64,000 nucleotides of DNA from Clostridia bacterium (GCA_045643465.1 JAZUKV010000033.1:24295-88294); one strand, 5' to 3'; counted from the stretch's first letter, positions 44,850-55,319 are shown. Notes: generated by a model not told the origin, from the letters alone. Translations and numbers: made by a program.

Positions 44850-45275
44850 TTATTTATTTTTTTCTTCTTCCATAGATCTATCAAAAAATTCATTACAGTT
44901 ACAATCTAGTTTCTCACCTTTTAAGCATTTTCCTTGGTGATGGCAAGTTGTACAGATTTTTGAATGTTTTACTTTATTTGCCCAAATTTCTATTTCATAA
45001 AATTTATTTGCACATAATGGTCCAAAAACAAATTGACCAGCTTTGTCTGTAATAGTATGAGTAACAGGTTTTCTTTCTATTTTTCCACAATCTTTGTCAA
45101 CTTCTATTAATTTTACAACAGCATCTTGTATAGGTTCATCATAGCAATCTTTAATTACACCATATATAACAGAGCGATTGTCTTCTGGTAAATGGATATC
45201 GACATCAAATTGTTTTCCAGCAGAAACAAAACCTTCGACTCCTATAACAGGGCATACATTTTTATCATATTCCAT
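44850..45275 (-). CDS. Carboxypeptidase-regulatory-like (prealbumin fold) protein with a Cys-rich tail, possibly spore-associated
   Basis: DAVVKLIEVD...TDKAGQFVFGPL pattern and a CxxC/CxC-rich C-terminus. A CATACAATA element upstream resembles a sigma-K -10. Confidence 0.7.
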   Translation of the reverse strand: MEYDKNVCPVIGVEGFVSAGKQFDVDIHLPEDNRSVIYGVIKDCYDEPIQDAVVKLIEVDKDCGKIERKPVTHTITDKAGQFVFGPLCANKFYEIEIWANKVKHSKICTTCHHQGKCLKGEKLDCNCNEFFDRSMEEEKNK

Positions 45276-45393
45276 AATAATTCTCCTTTCAATATATAAC
45301 AGCTCTTTTTCTGTTTATGTTATATTGTATGAAAAAAAAATCGAATTGTGCAAAAAAATAAAGCTTTATATTGCATAAGGCTTTATTTTGATA

Positions 45394-45828
45394 TTAATTA
45401 TTTATTGTTGGTATTGTTTGAGGTAACAAAAGCGGAATATCGCTTTTAAATCTTAATTGTTTTCTTGTAAATAGGTGACCCAATTTATAGAAAAAAGTTT
45501 TAAAGAAGCTATAGTAAGTTTTGAATTTAAGTAACTTTACAGTATACATCAAATTTTTGTAAGTTTTTTTACCATGTTTATCATATAAAGTAAGATAGTT
45601 TTGTGAATTTATCAAATTTGCTAAATCTTGTTTTTGATAAATATTTGGAACAAATTTTCTATATGCTTTTGGTCCATAAATTTCGTATATTAAATTAAAT
45701 TTTTTATAAGAGCTTTTAAAAGTAACATATGTTTTAAAAACTTTATTAAACATATATTCTTCATATTCTATTTCTGCTTCAATATCGCGAACATCACTTT
45801 TAATTACATATTTTAAATATTTATTCAT
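45394..45828 (-). CDS. Basic hypothetical protein (144 aa)
   Basis: ORF with an agagg SD. No family recognised. Confidence 0.65.
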   Translation of the reverse strand: MNKYLKYVIKSDVRDIEAEIEYEEYMFNKVFKTYVTFKSSYKKFNLIYEIYGPKAYRKFVPNIYQKQDLANLINSQNYLTLYDKHGKKTYKNLMYTVKLLKFKTYYSFFKTFFYKLGHLFTRKQLRFKSDIPLLLPQTIPTINN

Positions 45829-45963
45829 AAAAAACCTCTTTTGTTATATTTGAAAATATTATATCACATAATAATTTAATGTAAAATAAAAAATAACAAA
45901 ATGCTTATCATTTTTTTTGTTTAATAATAATTTATTTGGTTAATATATAATTAGGTGATGTAA

Positions 45964-47208
45964 ATGAAAAAATTAAAAAAAATATTGATTATATCATTTT
46001 TCTTAATAATATATGTGTATGTTTGCAATATTACGTTATTACCACAAAATGTAATAATTTTTGCAGGAGAAGAGCTTAATATTAAAACAATATTTGGACT
46101 AAGAATAAGTAATGCTAATACACAAGCACCTCAAATAGTACATGCTGCTAAAAATATTGAAAGCGATAGTAGGATATATAAAACAGCAGGAACATTTGAA
46201 TTAAATTTAGATTTATTTGGAGCAATTCCAGTTAAAGAAATAAACGTAAATGTAATTGATAGGACAAAGGTAATTCCTTGTGGAGATTTAATTGGAATTA
46301 AAATGTATACTCCAGGTGTTTTAGTTGTTGGGATGTCTGAAATTCAAGGAAATGATAGTAAAAAATATCGACCATACGCTAATTCTGGGATAGAAGAAGG
46401 TGATATGATTGTTGAAATGAATAATATAAAAATTTCAAATACGAATGAACTAATAGAAGTTGTTAATGCTTCAAAAGGAAAAGAAATTAAAATAAAATAT
46501 GAGAGAAATGATGAACAATTTTTGACAAGTATAACTCCAATACAAACTGGAGTAAAGGATTATAAAATTGGCTTATGGGTAAGAGATGCTGCTGCTGGTG
46601 TTGGTACGTTAACATTTTATGAACCTTCTACAGGAAATTTTGCAGCACTTGGTCATGGAATAATAGATAGTGATACAGGTGGAATTTTTAATATAGCAAA
46701 TGGTGAATTAGTCGGAAGTAAATTATTATCAATAAAAAAAGGGGAAAGAAATAATCCAGGAGAAATAAAAGGAGCTCTAGATTCATTTGAATTTATAGGA
46801 AAAATATCAAAAAATACTAATTTAGGAGTATTTGGATCAGTTTCAAATCAAGGAGAGCTAAATTTAACTAAAAGTAAAGAATATGAAGTAGCACTGAGAA
46901 GCGAAATAACTACAGGCGAAGCAGAAATTATTTGTGAATTAGAAGATGGTAAAAAAGATTTTTATAAAATAGAAATTGAGAAAATTTATACAAGCAATAA
47001 TTATGATAATAAAAGTATGCTTATTAAAGTTACTGATGAAAGATTACTAGAAAAAACAGGAGGAATAGTACAAGGAATGAGCGGATCACCAATAATACAA
47101 AATGGAAAATTTATTGGTGCTGTAACAAATGTATTAGTTTCAGATCCAACAACAGGTTATGCTATTTTTGGAGATTTAATGGTTAAGAAAATGAGAGAAA
47201 TAGAATAG
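45964..47208 (+). CDS. spoIVB: Stage IV sporulation protein B (S55 signalling peptidase with a PDZ domain)
   Basis: GVGTLTFYEPSTGNFAALGHGI and GMSGSPI motifs. Confidence 0.93.
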   Translation: MKKLKKILIISFFLIIYVYVCNITLLPQNVIIFAGEELNIKTIFGLRISNANTQAPQIVHAAKNIESDSRIYKTAGTFELNLDLFGAIPVKEINVNVIDRTKVIPCGDLIGIKMYTPGVLVVGMSEIQGNDSKKYRPYANSGIEEGDMIVEMNNIKISNTNELIEVVNASKGKEIKIKYERNDEQFLTSITPIQTGVKDYKIGLWVRDAAAGVGTLTFYEPSTGNFAALGHGIIDSDTGGIFNIANGELVGSKLLSIKKGERNNPGEIKGALDSFEFIGKISKNTNLGVFGSVSNQGELNLTKSKEYEVALRSEITTGEAEIICELEDGKKDFYKIEIEKIYTSNNYDNKSMLIKVTDERLLEKTGGIVQGMSGSPIIQNGKFIGAVTNVLVSDPTTGYAIFGDLMVKKMREIE

Positions 47209-47213
47209 TAAAA

Positions 47214-47242
47214 AAAACAGTAGATTACTGTTTTTTTTTTTT
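47214..47242 (+). terminator. Rho-independent terminator
   Basis: aacagta-gat-tactgtt followed by T12. Confidence 0.65.
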
Positions 47243-47257
47243 GCACTTAAATAAATG

Positions 47258-47290
47258 CAAAAGGCAGGAATTAAATTCCTGCCTTTTATA
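47258..47290. terminator. Hairpin terminator, probably serving the SASP gene
   Basis: aaggcaggaat...attcctgcctt flanked by A/T runs. Confidence 0.5.
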
Positions 47291-47401
47291 TTTACAGATA
47301 AAGCAAATACAAAATCAAGAGCTAATTCCTGTCTTTTATATAATTTAGTAGGTATAAACTACTTTAATAGGTTAATTAGTAAAATAAATAATTAACTAAA
47401 A

Positions 47402-47602
47402 TTATTTTGAAAGCATATTGTCTTCAGCTTGTTTAATCATTTTTCTAACCATTTGTCCACCTATTTTACCAGCATCTTTAGCTGATATATCACCATTGTA
47501 TCCATCTTTTAAGTTAACACCTACTTCACTAGCTACTTCATATTTAAATTTGTTTAAAGCATCCTTAGCTGCAGGAACAACTTTGTTATTTGAATTTGAC
47601 AT
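47402..47602 (-). CDS. Alpha/beta-type small acid-soluble spore protein
   Basis: KFKYEVASEVGV and GGQMVRKMI conserved blocks. Strong SD. Confidence 0.93.
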   Translation of the reverse strand: MSNSNNKVVPAAKDALNKFKYEVASEVGVNLKDGYNGDISAKDAGKIGGQMVRKMIKQAEDNMLSK

Positions 47603-47823
47603 TATCTGTTCACCTCCTGTTGTTTAAAACTAAACATTTCGAAAAAACTTAATTGCTTTTTCTTGATATTATGATGTGTAATTTTAAATAAAATAAACTG
47701 GTAATTTTTTGAAATTTTTATAAAAATAATTCAAAAAATGTTGACATAAAATAATATAATTAGTATTGAAAATTTATAAAAAATATGATACAATGCAAGC
47801 CGTGTAAAGGAGAAGTTTTTAAA

Positions 47824-48102
47824 ATGGAAAAATATATTTTTATGTTATTAGGAACAATATTAGGAGTAGCAATTTCTCTTTATGTATATGCTATAAAAAA
47901 GGAACGTGTTGTTAAAAAAATAAAGATTGATCAAGAATATTATTCAACACAAAAATTAGATGTAGCATTAGATAAAGCAGTAAAAGATATGCAACTAGAA
48001 ATGAAGGCATTAGGTAGAAAATTAACAGAAGATGAAAAAAATAAGATTATATTTAGTCATTTAGATGAAAATAATGAAGTAAATAACGAAGCAAATCAAT
48101 AG
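47824..48102 (+). CDS. Small single-TM protein (92 aa)
   Basis: The ATG at 47824 follows an aaaggag SD. The track start at 47785 lacks an SD. Confidence 0.65.
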   Translation: MEKYIFMLLGTILGVAISLYVYAIKKERVVKKIKIDQEYYSTQKLDVALDKAVKDMQLEMKALGRKLTEDEKNKIIFSHLDENNEVNNEANQ

Positions 48103-48132
48103 TAAGAAAATTATTAAAATAGAGGTAAGATT

Positions 48133-48693
48133 ATGAAGGAAGAAAAAATTAAAAAAATAGAAAAATATATAGTGTTTTTTTATGTATATGCTTTTTTAGG
48201 TTGGATTGTTGATGTACTTGTATGTTTTATAGGTGGAACATTAGTTGATGGACATGGAATTTTAGAAAATAGAGGATTTTTATATGAAACAATTTGTCCA
48301 ATGTATGGTTGGGCTGCTTTAGTGTTGATATTAATTACAAGTAAGATGAAAAAGGGCAAAGGCACATATATCAAAAGTTTTATTGTAGCAACAATATGGT
48401 GTACGATTTTAGAATATTTAACTGCTTTAATATTAGAAACATTTTTTGGACTAAAATGGTGGGATTATTCAGAAGTTAAATTTAATATTCAAGGTAGAAT
48501 ATGCCTTGCAGCCTCAATTTTCTGGGGATTATTATCAGTTATATTTATGAATGTAATACATCCATTTATAGTAAAAATATTGAAAAAAATTTCATCAAAA
48601 TTAAAAGAAAAAACAAAACATATATTAGTATGGACTGCTTTTGGAATTACAACTATAGATACAATAATATCAATAATAATGTATTTAAAATAG
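48133..48693 (+). CDS. Membrane protein of the 'putative ABC-transporter type IV' (CmpB-like) family
   Basis: FFYVYAFLGWIVDVLVC...ENRGFLYETICPMYGWAALVL pattern. Confidence 0.75.
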   Translation: MKEEKIKKIEKYIVFFYVYAFLGWIVDVLVCFIGGTLVDGHGILENRGFLYETICPMYGWAALVLILITSKMKKGKGTYIKSFIVATIWCTILEYLTALILETFFGLKWWDYSEVKFNIQGRICLAASIFWGLLSVIFMNVIHPFIVKILKKISSKLKEKTKHILVWTAFGITTIDTIISIIMYLK

Positions 48694-48703
48694 TAATAAA
48701 AGC

Positions 48704-48732
48704 TTGAAAATACATTAATAAGGTGGTATAAT
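48704..48732 (+). promoter_or_regulatory. Sigma-A promoter of the proS leader
   Basis: TTGAAA, 17 nt spacer, TATAAT. Confidence 0.6.
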
Positions 48733-48739
48733 TTCAACA

Positions 48740-48958
48740 TAATTTAATATAATACAAATTGTTGATTAGGACATAATTAAATATTTAATTATACAAAGAG
48801 AGCTTGGGTTAGGTGAGAGCCAAGTTATAAAAATATTTAATTCCTACCTATGAATGAAATAGCAAACTATTTCCGGTGTTAAATCGTTAAAATAAAAAAA
48901 GATAAATAAAGGATGGTACCGTGCAAAGCACGCCTTAGTACTATTCTTTTTTTGTTTT
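48740..48958 (+). promoter_or_regulatory. T-box leader (tRNA-Pro specifier)
   Basis: AGAGAG/GGTGAGAG stem I elements and a CCU-A candidate specifier at 48843-48846. The T-box sequence AAAGGATGGTACCGTG lies at about 48908-48925, with a T-run at 48947-48957. Confidence 0.8.
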
Positions 48959-48986
48959 ATAATAAAAATAAAAAGGAGAGATTAAA

Positions 48987-50285
48987 ATGAGAGTATCAAA
49001 AATGGGAATGAAAAATGTAAAATTAAGTAATTTGGATGAAATGTATCCTGCACAAGATATATTAATGCAGACAAACCAAGTTAGACAATATGGAAGTGGT
49101 GTATATGCTTATGACAATATACCATTAAAATTGCAAGATAATATTGAAGAAGTAATTAAAAAACACTTTAATAAAGTGGATTGTATAGAAGTTCAAATGC
49201 CATTATTACAAATAGATGAAATTTGGAAAAGATCTGGAAGATATGATAAATACATAGAAGATGGAGTTATGATGCTTTCTGAAACAGATAAAGGTAATTA
49301 TTGTTTAGCACCAACAGCAGAAGAAGCAATTACAACATTTGTTGAAAATAGAGTAACATCACATAAACAATTACCAGTAGCTTTTTATCAAATAGGAACT
49401 AAGTTTAGAAATGAAATTAGAAACAGAGGATATTTGTTAAGAGGAAAAGAATTTTTAATGTTTGATTTATATAGTTTTGACAAAGACGAAGAAGGTATGA
49501 TGGAAACATATAAAAAAGTTAGACAAGCATATTTTGATACATTTAAAGAGCTAGAGCTTGATATAGTTGCAGTTGCTGCTGATAATGGGTCTATGGGAGG
49601 AAAAAATTCTGAAGAGATAATGGCTTTATCAAGAATTGGTGAAGATACAATTTTATTTGATAAAGAAACAAAACAAGGTTTAAATGTTGAAGTTTTAGAA
49701 AAAGAAAATGCAAAAGAATATTTAGCTGAACAATATGGAATTAATGATGTAGATAAACTTGAAGAGCGAAAAGCAGTTGAATTAGGGCATATTTTTGCAT
49801 TGGGAACAAAATATTCTGACTCAATGGGAATTAATTATATTGATAATGAAAATAATAGTAAACCATTTTATATGGGATGCTATGGTATTGGTGTAAGTAG
49901 AGTATTAGGTTTAATGTATGAAAATAATGTAATAAAAGAAAATGATAAAGTAGTAGGATATTCAATACCAGTGGCTGTTACTCCATATTATTTATATATA
50001 ATTAGTAATGATAAGAAAAGTGAAGTTGCTGAAGATTTATATGCAAAATTTAATGAGAAAAATGTAGAAGTAATAATTGATGATGTAAAGGGTTCAATTG
50101 GAGAAAAAATAAGAAATGCAAAAATTTTAGGAATTCCATATATTGCAATTATGGGAAATAATACTGAAGATGGATATATTGAAGTTGAACGTACTAAAGA
50201 TGGAGCAAAGAAAACTCTAAAAATAGAAGAGCTAATATCTGAAGTAGAAAAAATGAAAAATTTGAAGAAAGATTTAGAATTTTAA
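48987..50285 (+). CDS. proS: Prolyl-tRNA synthetase, short form lacking the INS editing domain
   Basis: Class II motif 2 (FRNEIRNRGYLLRGKEFLMFD) and motif 3 (GCYGIGVSR) are present. Only about 130 aa lie between them. It sits behind a T-box with a Pro codon. Confidence 0.85.
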   Translation: MRVSKMGMKNVKLSNLDEMYPAQDILMQTNQVRQYGSGVYAYDNIPLKLQDNIEEVIKKHFNKVDCIEVQMPLLQIDEIWKRSGRYDKYIEDGVMMLSETDKGNYCLAPTAEEAITTFVENRVTSHKQLPVAFYQIGTKFRNEIRNRGYLLRGKEFLMFDLYSFDKDEEGMMETYKKVRQAYFDTFKELELDIVAVAADNGSMGGKNSEEIMALSRIGEDTILFDKETKQGLNVEVLEKENAKEYLAEQYGINDVDKLEERKAVELGHIFALGTKYSDSMGINYIDNENNSKPFYMGCYGIGVSRVLGLMYENNVIKENDKVVGYSIPVAVTPYYLYIISNDKKSEVAEDLYAKFNEKNVEVIIDDVKGSIGEKIRNAKILGIPYIAIMGNNTEDGYIEVERTKDGAKKTLKIEELISEVEKMKNLKKDLEF

Positions 50286-50297
50286 AGAAAACAAAAA

Positions 50298-50327
50298 AAG
50301 CGAAAAGTTAACTTTTCGCTTTTTTTA
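50298..50327. terminator. Bidirectional terminator
   Basis: gcgaaaagt-ta-acttttcgc flanked by A7 and T7. Confidence 0.7.
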
Positions 50328-50333
50328 GTAAAA

Positions 50334-51776
50334 TTATTTATTTGATGTTTTTTCATAAATTTTATTTCCATTATAATCATAATAAGCATTATTGAAAAGT
50401 AAAGCATTAATTCCTGAAACAGGTACTGGTTGTTTTGAATCACCATGATAATCCCATGTAATAGATTTATTTTGCAAATCATAAACTTGGAATCCATCTT
50501 TATAAACGAATAAGTATTTGTTAGATCCGTCATTTAATGCTTTTGCAGGATAAGAAGCAGTTGGTTCACTATCTGCTCTTTGCTCTACAATAGTTTCATT
50601 GCAAACAAAGAAAGTTTTTCCATCTTTTACATAATTGTCAGAATTGATTTTTGTAATATCATCTAATGCTATAGATCCATCTAAATTATAAGCTGTATAT
50701 TTAGAGCTAGATTTTTTTACAAGTATATGATTTGTTCTTGAGCCAGTATAAACTTTTGTATTATTTGAAAGTTCAACAATTGTTTTAAATTCTGAATTTA
50801 AGATTTTTGTAGAATCATAAAAATATGGTTTGTCATTTTTTGTTTCGCCAGAGCTTAAAATTCCATTATGAGTATATGCAATTTCACCTTGTTCATTATA
50901 TACATCAGTTTTAGTAGAATTATTATCTTTTGTAGACATTAAGACAAATTTTCCGGCATAACTTATAGAGCCAGATGCATCAATTTTTTTAGTTAAGTTT
51001 AGGGCATTATCAAAAAATTGAATTGATTTTTGTGAATTTTCTGTTACAGCAATACAATTCTTTTGTACTTCAACTTTAGTGTATCCGTTTTTTTCAGATT
51101 TAGCAAGAACAGTACCATCTTTACTGCTTATGTATATAGAGTCTAAATTTGAATTAAGGTATTTAATGATTCCACTATTAATACCATCAACAGGATAATA
51201 AGATATTTCTCCACCAAAAGGTGAACTATATAAATCAATGCTTGATGCTATTTTTCCTTTGTTAGAAAAATAGATATCATAAGTATTATTAGAATTTTTT
51301 GCTGATGCAATATAAAGATCTTTTAAAGATGTATTATCAAATAAAGAAACACTTATTTGTTCATATGTAGCAGGAATAATTTCATTTTTGTTCATATCAA
51401 TTAATCCATATTTATTATTTTTATATATAGTAAATACATTTCTATATTGATTTTTTACATTATAACTTTCATCTATTAGAATATTTTCATCAGAATCAAT
51501 TACAACAGATTTTTTAGAATTATCAGAAACTAAAAGGCTATTTTTTTCAAAGTTTTTACCTAATTTATATTTTTCATTAGAAATTTTCTTTAAATTGCCA
51601 TTCTTATCAATATAAATATAACAGTTATTAGCTTTATCTTCTTCTATAAATGCTAAATAATCAGTATTTGATTCATTACTTGTATTTGATTTTTTACCTT
51701 TCATAAAGAATATTAGCAAAATTCCAGCAATTAATAATATTGCAATTGTAATAATTAAAATTAACTTTTTTTTCAT
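50334..51776 (-). CDS. Membrane-anchored WG-repeat (KWG-like) protein
   Basis: N-terminal TM segment. NKYGLIDMNKNEIIPATYEQI is a typical WG repeat. Confidence 0.8.
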   Translation of the reverse strand: MKKKLILIITIAILLIAGILLIFFMKGKKSNTSNESNTDYLAFIEEDKANNCYIYIDKNGNLKKISNEKYKLGKNFEKNSLLVSDNSKKSVVIDSDENILIDESYNVKNQYRNVFTIYKNNKYGLIDMNKNEIIPATYEQISVSLFDNTSLKDLYIASAKNSNNTYDIYFSNKGKIASSIDLYSSPFGGEISYYPVDGINSGIIKYLNSNLDSIYISSKDGTVLAKSEKNGYTKVEVQKNCIAVTENSQKSIQFFDNALNLTKKIDASGSISYAGKFVLMSTKDNNSTKTDVYNEQGEIAYTHNGILSSGETKNDKPYFYDSTKILNSEFKTIVELSNNTKVYTGSRTNHILVKKSSSKYTAYNLDGSIALDDITKINSDNYVKDGKTFFVCNETIVEQRADSEPTASYPAKALNDGSNKYLFVYKDGFQVYDLQNKSITWDYHGDSKQPVPVSGINALLFNNAYYDYNGNKIYEKTSNK

Positions 51777-51956
51777 TTAATATATCTCCTTTTTTTAAAA
51801 TTTACAAAGCAATTTTACCATAATATAAAGTAAGAATCAATAATATTTTTATAATAGAAATATAAGCATTTTTATTGAAAATTTTAATATAATGTGATAG
51901 AAATAATATAATAAATATGAAGAAATTTATCATAAAATTAGTAAAGGAGTTTAATA

Positions 51957-53255
51957 ATGCAAATTATAATAATTATTATATTAATATTTTTAAATGCTTT
52001 TTTTGCAGCGGCAGAAATTGCATTTATTTCTTTAAATGATGCTAAAATAGACATATTAGCTAAAGAAGGAAACAAAAAAGCTAAAAAAATTAAAGGAATG
52101 CTCGTAAATCCAAGTAAATTTTTAGCAACAATACAAATTGGAATAACATTGGCGGGATTTCTTTCCAGTGCATTTGCATCAGAAACATTTGCAAGTGAAT
52201 TGGCCCCTGTTTTAAATAAGCTTATTCCAGCTATTAATGTAGAAACATGGAATGGTATTTCAATAATAGTTATAACAATTATATTGTCATATTTTACATT
52301 AGTTTTTGGTGAATTAGTACCTAAAAGAATTGCAATGAAGAATTGTGAAAAAATTGCTTTTGGTACAGTTGATATAATTAAGGCTATTGCAGTTGTTACA
52401 GCTCCATTTGTTAAATTTTTAACATTTTCAACAAATATTATTTCAAAATTATTTGGTGTTTCAGCAAATGATGAGAAGACTGTGACAGAAGAAGAGATTA
52501 GAATGATGGTAGATGTAGGTGAAGAAAATGGAACAATCGAAGAAGAAGAAAAAAATATGATTAATAATGTATTTGAATTTAATGATAAAGTTGTTTCTGA
52601 AATAATGATACCAAGAACTGAAATATATGCTTTAGATAATAGTTTAACAATAAAGGAGTCTTTAGAAGAATTGACTGCTAATAATATTAGATTTAGTAGA
52701 ATTCCGGTATATGATGAAAATATAGATAATATTAAAGGTGTTGTTCATATAAAAGATATTCTTATAAATGTAAAAGATAAAGCAAATGAAAAAATAGAAA
52801 ATTTAGTAAAGGATCCATACTTTATACCAGAAACAAAACCAGTTAATGATTTATTTGAAGAATTAAGAAAAAATAGAAAGCAAATTGCGATAGCTATAGA
52901 TGAATATGGTGGAACTTCAGGAATTGTCACTATGGAAGATATCTTAGAAGAAATAGTTGGAGATATTTATGACGAATATGATGAAGTTACAAGTATGATT
53001 GAAAAGATTGATGATAATACTTATATGATTGATGGTAAACTTGCTATATATGAAGTTGAAGATTTATTAGATATTGAAATTGAAGAAGGAGATTATGATA
53101 CATTATCAGGTTTTTTAGTTGATCAGATAGGAAAAATACCAACTCAAAATGATAAAGACTTAATTATAGAAGTTGATAATATAACATATAAAGTAGAAGA
53201 AGTTAAAGATAAGCATATAGTAAAAGTTAAGGTGTGCAAAAATTTAAATGCATAA
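51957..53255 (+). CDS. CNNM/DUF21-CBS-CorC_HlyC family protein ('hemolysin family')
   Basis: FFAAAEIAFISL N-terminus and GELVPKRIA motif. A CBS pair and a C-terminal transporter-associated domain are present. Confidence 0.9.
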   Translation: MQIIIIIILIFLNAFFAAAEIAFISLNDAKIDILAKEGNKKAKKIKGMLVNPSKFLATIQIGITLAGFLSSAFASETFASELAPVLNKLIPAINVETWNGISIIVITIILSYFTLVFGELVPKRIAMKNCEKIAFGTVDIIKAIAVVTAPFVKFLTFSTNIISKLFGVSANDEKTVTEEEIRMMVDVGEENGTIEEEEKNMINNVFEFNDKVVSEIMIPRTEIYALDNSLTIKESLEELTANNIRFSRIPVYDENIDNIKGVVHIKDILINVKDKANEKIENLVKDPYFIPETKPVNDLFEELRKNRKQIAIAIDEYGGTSGIVTMEDILEEIVGDIYDEYDEVTSMIEKIDDNTYMIDGKLAIYEVEDLLDIEIEEGDYDTLSGFLVDQIGKIPTQNDKDLIIEVDNITYKVEEVKDKHIVKVKVCKNLNA

Positions 53256-53324
53256 ATGTTGACAAAAAATGAAAAGTTTGTTAACATAGTTTGCATAATA
53301 AATATAGAAAGAAGTGATTATAAA

Positions 53325-53360
53325 ATGAAAAATATGAAAAGAGCGGTAAAGCAAAATTAA
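53325..53360 (+). CDS. 11-codon uORF (MKNMKRAVKQN) in the ABC exporter leader
   Basis: Read directly. The SD is weak. A hairpin and then a terminator follow. Confidence 0.25.
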   Translation: MKNMKRAVKQN

Positions 53361-53460
53361 ATATTTGAGTTATAACAAATGTAATTTTTATTTGTTCTAG
53401 CTCTATTTGGAATGAATAAAAATCACAAAATTTCTATATTATGTATGTTGAACGGAGAAA

Positions 53461-53487
53461 AAGGCAGATTTTTAATCTGTCTTTTTA
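53461..53487 (+). terminator. Leader terminator immediately upstream of the ABC exporter genes
   Basis: ggcagat-ttttaa-tctgtc followed by T5. Confidence 0.5.
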
Positions 53488-53500
53488 TGTTACACAATAA

Positions 53501-55276
53501 ATGTTAAGAACAAGGGGGGAAAAGATATTGAAAAAAGAAATAATAAAATTATTAAAAAAATATAAATGGTATATATTAACAGAAATAGTTTTTATAATAG
53601 TAAATGTATATTTAATGGCTATTCCATCAAGAATTATAGGTAACTTAATAAATTATTTATATGATGTTAATACTAATAAATTGGAAATTATTAATTCTAT
53701 AATTAAATTAGTCTTAGCATGTACAGGTTTTTTAGGAACAAGATTAGTTTGGAAAACTGTAGATTTAAAGTTTGAAGTGTATATCCAAAAAGATTTAAAG
53801 GATGATATGTTTGAAAAATTTTTAAAATCTAAAATTGAAAAATTGGAAGAAATTAAAAATGGAAAAATTATGACATTTTTCGTAAGTGATACAAGAATGG
53901 TAGGTAAAACTATTGCTAGATTTATTTCATCTGGAGCAAGAATTTTAACAAATTTTGTTATAGTTAGCTATCTGATGTTAAAGGCCTCAAATGTAAAATT
54001 GACAATAATAGCATTAATACCAATAATATGTACAATAATTATAATTATATTATTAAGGAATAAAGTAAGAGATAATTTCAAAAAATCACAAAAAAGTTTT
54101 ACAGAGCTTTCTGAATTTGTACAAGAAAGTACAGATAGTATTAGAACAACAAAAGCTTTTTGCGGAGAAGATATGCAAATAGAAGAGTTTGCTAAAAAGA
54201 ATTCTGAAGTAAGAGCAAATAATTTAAAGGTTACAAAAAATCAGAGCCTATTGGATATTTGCATAACTACTGGATTTGGAATAGCTTTTGGAATAACTTT
54301 ATTTTATGGTTCAAATTTAATTCTTCAAAATGCTATGAATATAGGGGATTTGATAGCTTTTAATGGTTATTTAGCTATATTAGAAATGCCTGTAAATTGG
54401 ATACCATGGATTTTGGTAAGATTGAAAAAAGTAAAAGTTTCAATAAATAGATTAAATGAACTTATAAATTTAGAAGAAGAGCAAATTGAAGTATTAGATA
54501 ATAAAAATTATGGAAAGCTTAATGGTAACATTCAAATTAAGAATCTTACATATAATTATCCAGGATATATTGAAAGAGTTCTTGAAGATATAAACATAGA
54601 TATAAAACAAGGAGAATCTTTAGGAATAATAGGCGTTATAGGAAGCGGAAAAACAACTTTAATGAATTTATTATTGAAATTGTATGATGTCGAACCAGGA
54701 AAAATCTATATAGATGGAGTTGACATTAATGATATTCCAACAAAGAAGATTAGAGATAATATTTGCTATATTACTCAAGATAACTTTTTATTTTCAGCTA
54801 CATTAAAAGAAAATATTAATTTATTTAAAGATGAATATAAAGATAGTGAAATAGAAGAATCTACTAAAAAAGCTATGATATATGAAGAAATTTCAGAAAT
54901 GCAAGAAGGAATACATACAATTATTGGGGAAAAAGGAATAGATCTTTCAGGAGGACAAAAGCAAAGAGTTGTTATATCTAGAGCATTTTTAAATAATAGC
55001 AATATTGTAATATTTGATGATACATTTTCAGCATTAGATAATAGAACAGAGCAACATGTATTGAATAATATAAAAGAGCTAACAAAGGACAAAACTTGTA
55101 TAATAATATCAAATAGAATATCGGATATTAAAGATTGTGATAAGATAATAGTTTTAGATCAAGGTGTAATTGTAGAGCGCGGAAACCACGAAACTTTATT
55201 AAAGAACAAAAAGGGAAGATATTACGAATTTTTTGAAAATCAAGCGCATAAAGCAAATTTTGAAATATTACAATAA
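53501..55276 (+). CDS. ABC exporter half-transporter (TMD-NBD) with a degenerate Walker B catalytic residue
   Basis: Walker A is GVIGSGKTT and the signature is LSGGQKQR. Walker B is IVIFDDTFSALD, with Asp in place of the catalytic Glu. The start is probably the TTG at 53528, after a gggggga SD. Confidence 0.9.
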   Translation: MLRTRGEKILKKEIIKLLKKYKWYILTEIVFIIVNVYLMAIPSRIIGNLINYLYDVNTNKLEIINSIIKLVLACTGFLGTRLVWKTVDLKFEVYIQKDLKDDMFEKFLKSKIEKLEEIKNGKIMTFFVSDTRMVGKTIARFISSGARILTNFVIVSYLMLKASNVKLTIIALIPIICTIIIIILLRNKVRDNFKKSQKSFTELSEFVQESTDSIRTTKAFCGEDMQIEEFAKKNSEVRANNLKVTKNQSLLDICITTGFGIAFGITLFYGSNLILQNAMNIGDLIAFNGYLAILEMPVNWIPWILVRLKKVKVSINRLNELINLEEEQIEVLDNKNYGKLNGNIQIKNLTYNYPGYIERVLEDINIDIKQGESLGIIGVIGSGKTTLMNLLLKLYDVEPGKIYIDGVDINDIPTKKIRDNICYITQDNFLFSATLKENINLFKDEYKDSEIEESTKKAMIYEEISEMQEGIHTIIGEKGIDLSGGQKQRVVISRAFLNNSNIVIFDDTFSALDNRTEQHVLNNIKELTKDKTCIIISNRISDIKDCDKIIVLDQGVIVERGNHETLLKNKKGRYYEFFENQAHKANFEILQ

Positions 55277-55319
55277 TTTTTGAAAAATGAGTTTAAGGAA
55301 ATATTGAAAGGAGGAAAAG

